Shown one piece after another: positions 18,779 through 27,794 of a stretch of 64,000 nt of DNA. Origin of the DNA: a phage. The stretch lies in sequence record PX436236.1. The stretch is one strand, 5' to 3'. The stretch's first letter is position 1, and each line of letters starts with the position of its first letter. The notes below the pieces were generated by a model. The model ran no database searches. It was not told the origin of the DNA and worked only from the letters and a program-made list of their open reading frames with translations. Made by a program: the position numbers and the translations under genes.

Positions 18779-19542
18779 TATTCACCTCTTTCATAGTCTT
18801 CAATAAATTGCATAATTAAACGTTGGTAGTTAGATTTGGGATATCCTAATTTACTAATATAAGTACCAAAAGCCCCACGCTTAGGCCTATTTAATTTAAC
18901 CCATAAAGAATAAAGCAAATCATAATCTTGCCAATGTTTTCCTATTCTTTGCTTTGCTTTAGAAGCATCAGATTGCCTCTTTTTAGTTTCCGGATTATTT
19001 AGAGATTTCTTAACAGCATTAGAATGCCTTTCTCTAACATCAGGGCGTTTAAATGCTTCTTTAATAGCTTTAGAAATTTTCTCTTTAACTTCAGGACGGT
19101 TTTGAGCTTCTATTTGAGCGGCAGACATTTTATCTTTTATTTCCGGTAGACTCATAGTTATAGAACGTTTATTTCTATACTCTTCAGTCTTCCATATTTC
19201 TTTCATCGCATTTGAATGAATTTCTGAAAATTTTTCTCTAACTAATTGGTATCCTCTAGAAGTTAGTTTAAGATTTCTTCCTAGAGAATCCTCACCGAAG
19301 CTATAAAACGACCACCAAGCATAAATTAGTCCAGAAGAATCAGAATGAATTCTAGCTAGAAGCCAGTGTGCTATAAAATGTTCTCTGGCTGTCAACAGAA
19401 CTAAATTATTAGGTTCATCACTCCCACCAATACATGATGGGAGTATATGATGGGACTCTGTATAAAAATTTAATTTGGATTTGTCTAATCCTCTAAGTTT
19501 ACCTCTTTGGATTAGACTATCATAAAGCTTGGTATAATTCAT
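18778..19542 (-). CDS. HNH homing endonuclease (Mob-like)
   Basis: ESHHILPSCIGGSDEPNNLVLLTAREHFIAHW HNH core followed by repeated basic DNA-binding modules. Confidence 0.65.
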   Translation of the reverse strand: MNYTKLYDSLIQRGKLRGLDKSKLNFYTESHHILPSCIGGSDEPNNLVLLTAREHFIAHWLLARIHSDSSGLIYAWWSFYSFGEDSLGRNLKLTSRGYQLVREKFSEIHSNAMKEIWKTEEYRNKRSITMSLPEIKDKMSAAQIEAQNRPEVKEKISKAIKEAFKRPDVRERHSNAVKKSLNNPETKKRQSDASKAKQRIGKHWQDYDLLYSLWVKLNRPKRGAFGTYISKLGYPKSNYQRLIMQFIEDYERGE

Positions 19543-20006
19543 TATGGGTTTGTTTTGTTCTCGAAGTGGATTACCGGACAGACCTTAGATTTACGAGCTT
19601 TAATGTATTGAATAACGATGTTTTCTTTAGTTTCTCGGCCTTCACGCTCAGCTTGAATACGTTGCCATTCCTTTTCTTCTCTACGGGCATCATACCATGC
19701 GTGTAAATTCATCACACCGAATGCCAAACCAATGGATAGCGCAATAATAAGAGCTATTGAAACCAATCCTAAAACAAACCCTAGACTCAACAGAACAGGG
19801 GTACTTAATACAAAGAAATGCTCTAATACACCAACACCTGCAACAGTTAATCCAAAAAGCGTACTACCTGCAACAACAGCACAAGCAAAACAAGCCCAAA
19901 CCATTTTCCAGAAGTAAGCACATAAAGAGTGCGGTCGAGAATGACTGTCATAAAAACGGTCATGAAGTTTAGCGTGCCAAGAGTTTGCATTGATAATCAT
20001 AATCAT
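19542..20006 (-). CDS. Multi-pass membrane protein
   Basis: 154-aa ORF with several hydrophobic helices. Confidence 0.4.
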   Translation of the reverse strand: MIMIINANSWHAKLHDRFYDSHSRPHSLCAYFWKMVWACFACAVVAGSTLFGLTVAGVGVLEHFFVLSTPVLLSLGFVLGLVSIALIIALSIGLAFGVMNLHAWYDARREEKEWQRIQAEREGRETKENIVIQYIKARKSKVCPVIHFENKTNP

Positions 20007-20016
20007 AATATTTTCC

Positions 20017-20577
20017 TTAAGAGTTCATAGTTGGGATAACAGAGTTCAGATAAGAGACTAAAACTTTTAGTTCGTCTTTAGTAAATACCACTTCACTTTC
20101 ACCATCGTGTCTTTGGGTCAAGGATAACAAATCACGGCCCTGATGTTGATACACGGTTAATTCAGTATCATAATTCAGTTCTTCTTCATCACCTTCAAAG
20201 GTTTCACTAGAACGAATCACGGCATCTTGGCCAGGGACTTTCCATTCAACTTCCGGCTTGCATTCTTCCTGGAACAGTTTGAAAATACAATCAAAGAATT
20301 TATCAGAATCGCTGATGCTCAGACATTCAATACCATTTTCCAGATTAAACCCGGTTTCATTTTTATAGATATAGGCAAACATATCATCATTGATATCGAT
20401 AGGAGCACTAGCCCGACCGTTAAGATAATCGTGTCTATCTAAAACCATTAAATCATAAAGCGGTTTAATATCAGCGATAGTCAGTACGATTTTATCGTCT
20501 TCTTGTGAAAGCTCAATTGCGTTATTAACTACTTCAGCGGACAGTTCGCCAAACAATTCAGTTGTTTCAATAATCAT
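20017..20577 (-). CDS. Hypothetical acidic protein
   Basis: 186-aa ORF rich in D/E. Confidence 0.4.
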   Translation of the reverse strand: MIIETTELFGELSAEVVNNAIELSQEDDKIVLTIADIKPLYDLMVLDRHDYLNGRASAPIDINDDMFAYIYKNETGFNLENGIECLSISDSDKFFDCIFKLFQEECKPEVEWKVPGQDAVIRSSETFEGDEEELNYDTELTVYQHQGRDLLSLTQRHDGESEVVFTKDELKVLVSYLNSVIPTMNS

Positions 20578-20587
20578 TTTCTATTCC

Positions 20588-20785
20588 TCAACGGTTATGT
20601 TTTAAAATACTATAAAGCTCTTCGACTTGGTCTGCATTCAGACAAATCATATCATTTTCTTGTTGGAGCGTGATTCCACCTTTTTCTTCCCAATCTTTAA
20701 CAAAGACGTCATCGTCAGATTCTTCAACATCTGCTAAAAGGGCAATCACACCATCTTCAGAACAACCATTTGGATCGTATAACAT
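20588..20785 (-). CDS. Hypothetical acidic small protein
   Basis: 65-aa ORF. Confidence 0.3.
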   Translation of the reverse strand: MLYDPNGCSEDGVIALLADVEESDDDVFVKDWEEKGGITLQQENDMICLNADQVEELYSILKHNR

Positions 20786-20906
20786 TTACAATTTCCTCAC
20801 TAACCATGAAAAGAATAAACCGATTAAAATAGGGCCTATAATCATTGTTGACCAAGCCCAAGGTTCAAGATAGTAAATCATCTTCAGGCTCCTGTGCCAT
20901 CAGCCA

Positions 20907-21089
20907 TTATGCTTTCAACTCATTAAGATACTCAACCAAGGCCGCTTTAGAATTAGCCAAATCTCGTTTACACTGCTCTATTCCGGAATATGAATAGCCT
21001 TCGCAATGTTCTACTGCACTATCATAAGAATCACGTTCAATAGCAGTAGCTAGTTTAAGGATTTGTTCAATCTGTTCAGTAGTTAACAT
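20907..21089 (-). CDS. Hypothetical small protein
   Basis: 60-aa ORF. Confidence 0.3.
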   Translation of the reverse strand: MLTTEQIEQILKLATAIERDSYDSAVEHCEGYSYSGIEQCKRDLANSKAALVEYLNELKA

Positions 21090-21093
21090 AATA

Positions 21094-21330
21094 TCACCAG
21101 TATTTGTTGATAGTAGAAATTAATTCTTGGGCTTGGGTAGTCTTCAGTTTACATCCACAACCCTTTAATGTGTCTTTAAGGAGCCACGGTTCCTTGAGCT
21201 CGTCCTTTTCTAGACGAATTCTGTATCCTCGATAATCAGCGAAGATACTTCGGTCGTCGAATATCTTAATCTCAAGGATACGACCGTTGATTTCATATTC
21301 TAATGAAACCGTAGTACTTGTAAGTTTCAT
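21094..21330 (-). CDS. Hypothetical small protein
   Basis: 78-aa ORF downstream of a PeSL promoter. Confidence 0.35.
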   Translation of the reverse strand: MKLTSTTVSLEYEINGRILEIKIFDDRSIFADYRGYRIRLEKDELKEPWLLKDTLKGCGCKLKTTQAQELISTINKYW

Positions 21331-21347
21331 ACTGTTCTCCTCATTAG

Positions 21348-21387
21348 TTGATAGGTCTATAGTATCATGTTCCTAGAGGATGTAAAC
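21348..21387 (-). promoter_or_regulatory. PeSL-type early promoter/stem-loop repeat
   Basis: GTTTACA-N16-TACTAT plus conserved core and GAGGAG SD. Confidence 0.5.
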
Positions 21388-21396
21388 ACCTAAACG

Positions 21397-21422
21397 AAAA
21401 AAGGTCCCACCGAAGTGAGACC
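21397..21422 (-). terminator. Hairpin terminator
   Basis: GGTCCCAC-cgaa-GTGAGACC followed by a T-run on the minus strand, just after the stop at 21428. Confidence 0.5.
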
Positions 21423-21427
21423 TTTGA

Positions 21428-21811
21428 TTATTCTAACGTCAGCAAATACTTAGTCTGGTAAAAGACGCCAGTGATATCGTCCAAAGTCGACTGGATGGCC
21501 TTAGGAAGTGTATCATAGATTTTATCAGATGCTTTAAGAAGCTCGTCAAGGAAATCTACAGGGTCCTTAGGCAAGTCTGAAGCAGACGGTAATGATGCTT
21601 TATATTCTTTGCCACTGAATCCAAGATATTGCTCACTAAATTGGTCCAGCGGTCCTTGAACTTCTACATAATAGAAGTCATACGCTTTGTGTCTTGCATA
21701 GCTTTTGGTTTCTAAATGGGCTGACTTAAAATAGGCTAAAGAAACCAGTAGCCAACCAATATAAGAATCCACTTCAGACCCTCGACTGGGTACGAAATCA
21801 TTGAACTTCAT
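21428..21811 (-). CDS. Hypothetical protein
   Basis: 127-aa ORF. Confidence 0.4.
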   Translation of the reverse strand: MKFNDFVPSRGSEVDSYIGWLLVSLAYFKSAHLETKSYARHKAYDFYYVEVQGPLDQFSEQYLGFSGKEYKASLPSASDLPKDPVDFLDELLKASDKIYDTLPKAIQSTLDDITGVFYQTKYLLTLE

Positions 21812-22091
21812 CTTCCACCTTCATTAGTTTTACATAACGCTCTCCGATGGCCCGACCTTCAATTGAGCACGCTTCTATAGTCCGACAACTTGAAATCTTC
21901 CAGGAAGCCGTAACATAGGCCCAATAGTCTTCGGAGGCCTTTACGCTGGGTCTACTCATTTGCGCATAAACAGGCATCGCACTACTAGCAAATGCATCCA
22001 TCAATTTATCATTGGCACCATTTGCTAGTGAAACTGTAGGGCTTAAACATCCCGCCATAAGGATACAAGCCGCTGTACGGAAAATATCCAT
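21798..22091 (-). CDS. rI: RI-like periplasmic lysis-inhibition protein (signal anchor or lipoprotein)
   Basis: N-terminal AACILMAGCLSPTVSLA and C-terminal CRTIEACSIEGRAIGERYVKLM resemble T4 RI; lies just downstream of tk as in T4. Confidence 0.4.
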   Translation of the reverse strand: MDIFRTAACILMAGCLSPTVSLANGANDKLMDAFASSAMPVYAQMSRPSVKASEDYWAYVTASWKISSCRTIEACSIEGRAIGERYVKLMKVEDEVQ

Positions 22092-22183
22092 ACAAAAGTC
22101 CTTTGTTGTTTTATACTATTTGCCTTTCGGCCTTAACCGATAGCGATTACCAAAAGCTAAAGCTCTACGGTTAGTATTATTAT

Positions 22184-22462
22184 TTATAGCTTTTTAAGCT
22201 TACGACAATAAGAATAGAACACGTCGTTAAAATTATATTCAACCCAATTCCTCTGTATAGGCGAGGTAATGGAAAGCATATAATGCGCTTTAATTAAATC
22301 CATCCCGTTTTTATTAGGACACTCTTTATTATTAGCATTATACGTCGCTGCTACAACCTCTATCTCTCTTTTGTAAGCCACATCATCCATGATAGGCGAA
22401 AGAACAATATAAGAAATAGCCACAGCGAACGCTAGAATTAAAATCTTTGAATTTAGGTCCAT
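22184..22462 (-). CDS. Small signal-anchored protein
   Basis: 92-aa ORF with N-terminal hydrophobic segment. Confidence 0.35.
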   Translation of the reverse strand: MDLNSKILILAFAVAISYIVLSPIMDDVAYKREIEVVAATYNANNKECPNKNGMDLIKAHYMLSITSPIQRNWVEYNFNDVFYSYCRKLKKL

Positions 22463-22469
22463 AATACCC

Positions 22470-23042
22470 TCAACTCGTTATTTCTATCCAGTGCTTCCTG
22501 CACAATGACACGTAAGAATCGTTGCCACCTATAGAAACTTGGGCGCCGTCCTTAATTGCGATACCATCCTGGACCCTAGCAGTCATAGTAGCTTTACGGC
22601 CACAATGGCACACACCTTTGTACTCAACGAGTTTATCTGCCGTAGCGAGTAATTCAGCAGAGCCAGGAAACAGTTTACCCTGAAAATCAGTTCTTAGCCC
22701 ATAGCACATAACCGGAACATTATAATTGTCTACTATCTTTGCCAGTTGTTTTATCTGTGCAGGTTCTAAGAACTGTGCTTCATCCACAAATACGCAGTGG
22801 ATATCTTTTTGAGATTCAGCCCAACGATAGAACTCGTATAGGTCCATATCCGGAGTCACGGCATTAGCCTCTTGACTAATCCCTATACGAGACGAAATGC
22901 TATGGCTTGATTCTCTATTGTCTATCGCAGGCTTTAAAAGGAGTACGCCCATACCACGTTCTTTGTAGTTATGAGCTGCCGTTAGCAATGAAGCGGTTTT
23001 CCCGGAATTCATCGCCGCATAATGAAAATAAAGTTGAGCCAT
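22470..23042 (-). CDS. tk: Thymidine kinase
   Basis: P-loop AAMNSGKTASLL and C-terminal zinc ligands CHCGRKAT...C; 190 aa. Confidence 0.9.
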   Translation of the reverse strand: MAQLYFHYAAMNSGKTASLLTAAHNYKERGMGVLLLKPAIDNRESSHSISSRIGISQEANAVTPDMDLYEFYRWAESQKDIHCVFVDEAQFLEPAQIKQLAKIVDNYNVPVMCYGLRTDFQGKLFPGSAELLATADKLVEYKGVCHCGRKATMTARVQDGIAIKDGAQVSIGGNDSYVSLCRKHWIEITS

Positions 23043-23051
23043 ATTACCTTC

Positions 23052-23246
23052 TTAAAGACTATTTACATAAGCAATTAATTCATTTTCCTTTTTAGAAAAC
23101 TCATCCTCTTCACCACCTCTCCAATCCCAATCCAGAGAGTTATCAAATTCACATTCTATGTTGAGTTCCATAAGCTCATGGATAAGCTCAAACAATTTAT
23201 CTTTCTGTTCTTTACTCAGACTCATAACCATTGCACCTTTAAGCAA
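23052..23246 (-). CDS. Hypothetical acidic small protein
   Basis: 64-aa ORF. Confidence 0.3.
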   Translation of the reverse strand: MLKGAMVMSLSKEQKDKLFELIHELMELNIECEFDNSLDWDWRGGEEDEFSKKENELIAYVNSL

Positions 23247-23434
23247 TATTCTTCTACATGCTGTTTACGTTTATTTTTATCTATAAAAATATATTCAACG
23301 TATTCACCGATATACCATTTATCAGTGTTGTGTTGACTTTTTATAGGGCATTTAGTTACTCGTGTTTCGGTCCAGCGTCGAATAATTTCCGCTTTGTTTT
23401 TAGGGTCAAACGGATGCGGGTAATGGGCTTTCAT
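23222..23434 (-). CDS. Hypothetical small protein
   Basis: 70-aa ORF. Confidence 0.3.
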   Translation of the reverse strand: MKAHYPHPFDPKNKAEIIRRWTETRVTKCPIKSQHNTDKWYIGEYVEYIFIDKNKRKQHVEEYCLKVQWL

Positions 23435-23873
23435 AATCTACCACCACTAAATTAATATCAGGAGTAAACAAATTAATCAATTGATAAACCTTGTCCCAAT
23501 CACCACCAGCAATACCACAACCAATGCGAGGGATATAAATTCTTGGTTTAAACAAAAGACCTTTTGCTTGTTGATTTAATTCTATCATACAGTTTACTAA
23601 AGCACCATAATCAAGATTAGGGCCTGGTTCGTATTGGGTATATAAATTATAGCAAATTTGGCCATTATTACCTGTAGCTTGAGTAAACGTGCCAAGTTTT
23701 GCCAAATTGCCTAAATAAGTAGTTTTATCGATAGCGAGAATAGGCGGATAAGCCTTAGCTAATTGTCCAGCTACACCTGAACCCATTGTGTGGAAACAGT
23801 TGCACCCGTGTGCAACATTATTACCTTGAAGAAATAGGGCGACAATATCGCCCTTAATATAATCAATAATCAT
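23406..23873 (-). CDS. Macro-domain-like protein (putative ADP-ribose binding or processing)
   Basis: IDYIKGDIVALF...VAHGCNCFHTMGSGVAGQLAKAYP and later IPRIGCGIAGGDW resemble macrodomain motifs. Confidence 0.5.
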   Translation of the reverse strand: MIIDYIKGDIVALFLQGNNVAHGCNCFHTMGSGVAGQLAKAYPPILAIDKTTYLGNLAKLGTFTQATGNNGQICYNLYTQYEPGPNLDYGALVNCMIELNQQAKGLLFKPRIYIPRIGCGIAGGDWDKVYQLINLFTPDINLVVVDYESPLPASV

Positions 23874-24226
23874 TTAGAGTTTAATCCTCGGTTGTAAGAG
23901 TCAACGAGTCTGTCTACCATAGACGCGCACATTTCTTTGTACTTTTTATCAGATGGAATACATTCAGTAACGTTTAGACGTTGCTCGTATCTTTTAGAAA
24001 GAGTTTTCTCTTTCATTCGACGATGCTCTACGTCGTTCTGCCCATCTTTAAAAGCAGCTGTGATTTTTGAACTGAATTCGATAATGCATTCAGTATTACT
24101 CGGATGACAATAATCTTTTGCTGTACGGGTAGCATACTCGACAATTGAATTATTACTATCACCAACTTGTGACGCTAATACTCCCGGAGCAATCAACATA
24201 AGCGCTATAGTCATCTGCTTAATCAT
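23870..24226 (-). CDS. Secreted Cys-containing small protein
   Basis: Signal peptide MIKQMTIALMLIAPGVLASQ; 118 aa. Confidence 0.4.
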   Translation of the reverse strand: MIKQMTIALMLIAPGVLASQVGDSNNSIVEYATRTAKDYCHPSNTECIIEFSSKITAAFKDGQNDVEHRRMKEKTLSKRYEQRLNVTECIPSDKKYKEMCASMVDRLVDSYNRGLNSK

Positions 24227-24766
24227 TTAATACACCGCCTCAAACATCTTTTTAGATTTTAGGTAATTGGCCTTTTCTAGAACTTCAGAAGCATATTTAC
24301 TGCCTGCTTTGGCGTTCCAGCCCGCATTATAAGAAGCAATCGCTTTTCTCAGGTCACCTTTGTGAACATCAATCCAATAAGACAGTTCAATGTAGGCCCA
24401 AGAGGCACTGTTCTGTCGTTTTTGGACCATACGAATTATTTCTTTGTCAGACATCTTCCAACCTACCTGTTGAACACGACTTCTTAACGTAGGCAAGTAA
24501 TTTTGGAACATGCCATAAGCATGGTGCTTATCTTTATTTAAACCCTGATTAATTCCGGCAGATGATTCCTGCCATAGTAATCCGGCCATAATATATCCTA
24601 ATCCTTTTTGATTAGGGTTTTCTTTGAACTTTCCCGACTTTTGGTATTGTTCACCGAAAGCATACGCATAATGTAAATTATCGAGTTGTTCATTACTGAA
24701 AGTAGGCTCTACGCTATGGGCAGACATACTAACTGTCAATAGTAAAGTGGCTAATACTTTTTTCAT
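24227..24766 (-). CDS. Secreted lytic transglycosylase-like protein (SLT domain; Vs.1 position)
   Basis: Signal peptide; LLWQESSAGIN (catalytic Glu context), AYGMFQ and ASYNAG motifs. Confidence 0.6.
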   Translation of the reverse strand: MKKVLATLLLTVSMSAHSVEPTFSNEQLDNLHYAYAFGEQYQKSGKFKENPNQKGLGYIMAGLLWQESSAGINQGLNKDKHHAYGMFQNYLPTLRSRVQQVGWKMSDKEIIRMVQKRQNSASWAYIELSYWIDVHKGDLRKAIASYNAGWNAKAGSKYASEVLEKANYLKSKKMFEAVY

Positions 24767-24778
24767 GAGACCTCATTA

Positions 24779-25237
24779 TTAAAGATAGATTACTTTCGTG
24801 CTGGTTTTACCTTCTAAACGTTTAGAGTTAACAAATGCCATACGACATTTAAGGGAATATCCTTTATCAGGATGTTTACGGTCTACAGTCATACCTAGCC
24901 ATAAGGTTTTATCGGTAATTTCGAGACGCAATGGGCGATACACTTTACCAGGGACAATTTCGGATTCTACATCAGGTAGAGGTTCCTGGATTAAAAATTC
25001 ATGAATTTCTTTAACATGGTTATGGAGTTGCTTGAATAAAGCAAAAACGTATTTTTCGTCGATTTCACGTTGGATAGCACGGTCCAACAAGTGATTAGAG
25101 TACTTAATAAAGAAGGCTGGGACTCCGCTCTTGATGGCGGCTTTTTTGATGGACGTATTCAGTTCACGGAATTCGGTTTCGAACTGACGACGTAATTTAT
25201 TGCGGCGGATGAATACTTCTGAATTAATTTCTGACAT
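24779..25237 (-). CDS. regB: RegB endoribonuclease
   Basis: 152-aa ORF ...EVFIRRNKLRRQFETEFRELN...HLLDRAIQREIDEKYVF...LEITDKTLWLG; T4 RegB-like. Confidence 0.85.
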   Translation of the reverse strand: MSEINSEVFIRRNKLRRQFETEFRELNTSIKKAAIKSGVPAFFIKYSNHLLDRAIQREIDEKYVFALFKQLHNHVKEIHEFLIQEPLPDVESEIVPGKVYRPLRLEITDKTLWLGMTVDRKHPDKGYSLKCRMAFVNSKRLEGKTSTKVIYL

Positions 25238-25254
25238 TTTGTAATCTCCTGTAG

Positions 25255-25294
25255 TTGATAGGTCTATAGTACCACGTCTACAGGAGATGTAAAC
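25255..25294 (-). promoter_or_regulatory. PeSL-type early promoter/stem-loop upstream of regB
   Basis: GTTTACA-N16-TACTAT; inverted repeat TCTCCTGTAG/CTACAGGAGA pairs the spacer with the regB SD. Confidence 0.5.
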
Positions 25295-25298
25295 TGCT

Positions 25299-25508
25299 TT
25301 ATTCTTGGAATGGGGTAAGTTTTCCAGCAGCTGAACAAATTTCTACCAGTACAGGGTAAAACTCTTTCACTTGTTCAAGGCGTTGGGCTGCATACTGTAC
25401 TTCACCTTCTTCGAGACAAGCCATTTGGTCGTCAAGCAAGTATTTGTGGTAGCCAGTACAGGCTTCACCGATGATACGCTGGAAATCTTGTAAACTTTCA
25501 ATTTTCAT
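25299..25508 (-). CDS. Hypothetical small protein
   Basis: Start MKIESLQDFQ at 25508 with GAGGAAAAA RBS. Confidence 0.35.
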   Translation of the reverse strand: MKIESLQDFQRIIGEACTGYHKYLLDDQMACLEEGEVQYAAQRLEQVKEFYPVLVEICSAAGKLTPFQE

Positions 25509-25786
25509 CAGTATTTTTCCTCGGGTTGGAAAACGGAACGACACGCCCACATACTAGCTTCTTTAAGACGGTCAATTGCATTACGAATCTGGGTAATGCG
25601 TTCATGAGCCTGGTCTAGTTCTTGTTCAGAAACCTCTTCGGTATCTAAGTTCATATAATAGGTAACATGTTCTTCTTCTAGAGCTTTAAACATCAGCCCT
25701 AACCGAATTTCGGCATCTTTGATAGCGTTTACTTTACCGATTTTATCGTCGGTATGCGGCTTATAACCCTTGATATCTTCAATCAT
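25508..25786 (-). CDS. Small helical protein at the vs.4 position (possible Acb2-like anti-CBASS sponge)
   Basis: 92-aa ORF MIEDIKGYKPHTDDKIGKVNAIKD...; assignment rests on position between regB and denV and on size only. Confidence 0.35.
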   Translation of the reverse strand: MIEDIKGYKPHTDDKIGKVNAIKDAEIRLGLMFKALEEEHVTYYMNLDTEEVSEQELDQAHERITQIRNAIDRLKEASMWACRSVFQPEEKY

Positions 25787-26001
25787 TTCACTTCCTCGCC
25801 AGTTGCGATATCATATTCTACCAAACGAAGGCCTTCAGTCCAACCTTGCACGGAGATATAGGTAGTCGGGTAAATCATTTCTTTACCATTCCACCGACCG
25901 CCATCCCAGACTTCCAGAAAGTCTTGTTCACCTGGTCCATTAAGCCATTCAACAAATCTTTTCAGAGCTTCTTCAGAACCTTCAATTGTCAATTTAGACA
26001 T
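25783..26001 (-). CDS. Hypothetical small protein
   Basis: 72-aa ORF. Confidence 0.35.
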   Translation of the reverse strand: MSKLTIEGSEEALKRFVEWLNGPGEQDFLEVWDGGRWNGKEMIYPTTYISVQGWTEGLRLVEYDIATGEEVK

Positions 26002-26338
26002 ATTTTTTCCAATCAGAAATCATATGAATCTCTTGGTCATAAGTCAAGAGACTACGAGCAATAATACCCTTACAAGGCCCTGAGATGAACTCGAGAGTGA
26101 AGTAAGGAACCTGTTTCATTAATCGGATACTAGGAGCATGACATCTAAAACGAGAGCCCTTAAAGGGCCCTGTCATGAATACATATTCCAATGGGTAGAA
26201 ATAAGCATATTCGAAATTTGCAGTAAGGTCCTCTCTTCGAACCTTACGTGAGAAATAACAGAACTCAAAAAGTTCTTCATCAGTCATCATTGCATTCCTA
26301 TCACAAAGAACAGAGGCAAAGGCTTGTCGCCTTGGCAC
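25994..26338 (-). CDS. Hypothetical protein
   Basis: 114-aa ORF. Confidence 0.35.
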   Translation of the reverse strand: MPRRQAFASVLCDRNAMMTDEELFEFCYFSRKVRREDLTANFEYAYFYPLEYVFMTGPFKGSRFRCHAPSIRLMKQVPYFTLEFISGPCKGIIARSLLTYDQEIHMISDWKKYV

Positions 26339-26814
26339 ATAAATTTATTAATCATTACCTGGTAAGCTTCATAGAACTTATCCATCGCTGGAAGGCGCAT
26401 TGGCTCTTCGATAATAATCAATAATCGAGTAACGGATAGTCCACGATACTTATGGAAATTGTCTTCATCAAGGAAACTGCGCACAGTATCATAGACAACA
26501 AAACCAGGACCTTCGACTTGGAGATGTGGGTGTGCCTTAGAAACCTGTTTTATTACATTACAAATTTCTCGCGAGCGATGCGAAGAACTCGACATAACAA
26601 TCACATCATTACCCTTGGAAACCCAATCAGCGGCGAACTGAGCAAGGGCACTTGTTTTACCTGTTTGGCGTCCGCCATCAAGTCGAAGAGTACCAAACTC
26701 TTGCATTCTTGAAGCGGGTTCATACCATGTGTATTGGTCTGAGTCTAAACGTTCAATGGCGCGTTCAGCGAAGGCGTGCATTAAGGTTAGATAAATGGGA
26801 GTTAAAAATTTCAT
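26287..26814 (-). CDS. Small P-loop NTPase-like protein
   Basis: GGRQTGKTS Walker-A-like and LLIIIEEP Walker-B-like segments; 175 aa. Confidence 0.4.
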   Translation of the reverse strand: MKFLTPIYLTLMHAFAERAIERLDSDQYTWYEPASRMQEFGTLRLDGGRQTGKTSALAQFAADWVSKGNDVIVMSSSSHRSREICNVIKQVSKAHPHLQVEGPGFVVYDTVRSFLDEDNFHKYRGLSVTRLLIIIEEPMRLPAMDKFYEAYQVMINKFMCQGDKPLPLFFVIGMQ

Positions 26815-26974
26815 AGTAGTCTCTTAGTGGTGGGGCCATTCCTTGGCACATAATTCGTCCATGTATCCGTATGTAAACCCTTTACCGCACTTGGGCTCGA
26901 CCTTATTACAGGTAGGGAAAGGTCCATCACTCAGAGGACGCGACGTTCATGAGGAGAGGGCCGGCTTGCCTTTA

Positions 26975-27274
26975 TTAGAAAGAACCAGAACCTCTAATTG
27001 TGTTCTGGCGACCTTTATTTTCTAATTCGGAGTGGTCGATTTCATATGCTTGTGCTACGCCAAAGGCCTTTTTAACTTTAGCTAAAGAACCTTTAGATGT
27101 AACAATATTAAAAGTATTACCTTTGGTAAAATCAACAAAATCGACTTGTACGCCCTGTTTACCGAGGCTTGCTACAATAGCATCAACATATTCTTGGTCT
27201 AAATTGCCTTGAACTCCAATTTGAAATGCTTTAGGAGCTTTGGCTTCTGTGATAAATTCTTGATAAGTTTTCAT
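26975..27274 (-). CDS. Internal-protein-type virion cargo protein (CTS MKTYQEFITEA)
   Basis: N-terminal capsid-targeting sequence shared with T4 IPI/II/III; 99 aa. Confidence 0.55.
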   Translation of the reverse strand: MKTYQEFITEAKAPKAFQIGVQGNLDQEYVDAIVASLGKQGVQVDFVDFTKGNTFNIVTSKGSLAKVKKAFGVAQAYEIDHSELENKGRQNTIRGSGSF

Positions 27275-27317
27275 TGTTATTCCTTAAGTTGATAGAAGTA
27301 TTCTATCACGGATTTAA

Positions 27318-27734
27318 TTAAGCGTAAATAGCCTTGCCATAATGTTTGTACCAGGTAGGACGCTGTGCAATTTTTTCATCCAAACGGGTCTGAGATATAG
27401 CAATAGAAGCTTCGTGTGGAGTATAGTCACCACGGAATTCCTGAGGAATGTCACTAATGTCCTGGACAGTAGTATCCTTGATATTAAAACCACGTTTTAA
27501 ACATTCGGCTATAAGCTCAATTTGTCGCTTACGTAAAAATTCAAGCTTATCGTAAAAGAATGTAACATGGCCTGTGCCAAGGATAAAAGTAGGACTGATT
27601 TTGAAATCACGGACATGTTTACCATTAGCAACATGCTTACGAACTGCACCGAAAACACGTGGTAATTCACGATATTCAGCCATTAAGTGTTGGTCAGCCA
27701 ATTCAGATACTAAGGTAAGGTTGATACGAGTCAT
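27318..27734 (-). CDS. denV: Endonuclease V (pyrimidine-dimer DNA glycosylase) DenV
   Basis: Start [35 protein letters not shown] at 27734 (GGAG RBS); 138 aa; T4 DenV-like. Confidence 0.9.
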   Translation of the reverse strand: MTRINLTLVSELADQHLMAEYRELPRVFGAVRKHVANGKHVRDFKISPTFILGTGHVTFFYDKLEFLRKRQIELIAECLKRGFNIKDTTVQDISDIPQEFRGDYTPHEASIAISQTRLDEKIAQRPTWYKHYGKAIYA

Positions 27735-27794
27735 TTTAGTGTTCTCCATGTTTGTATGAGAACACTATATCACAACTATCGTAAAAATAAACCG

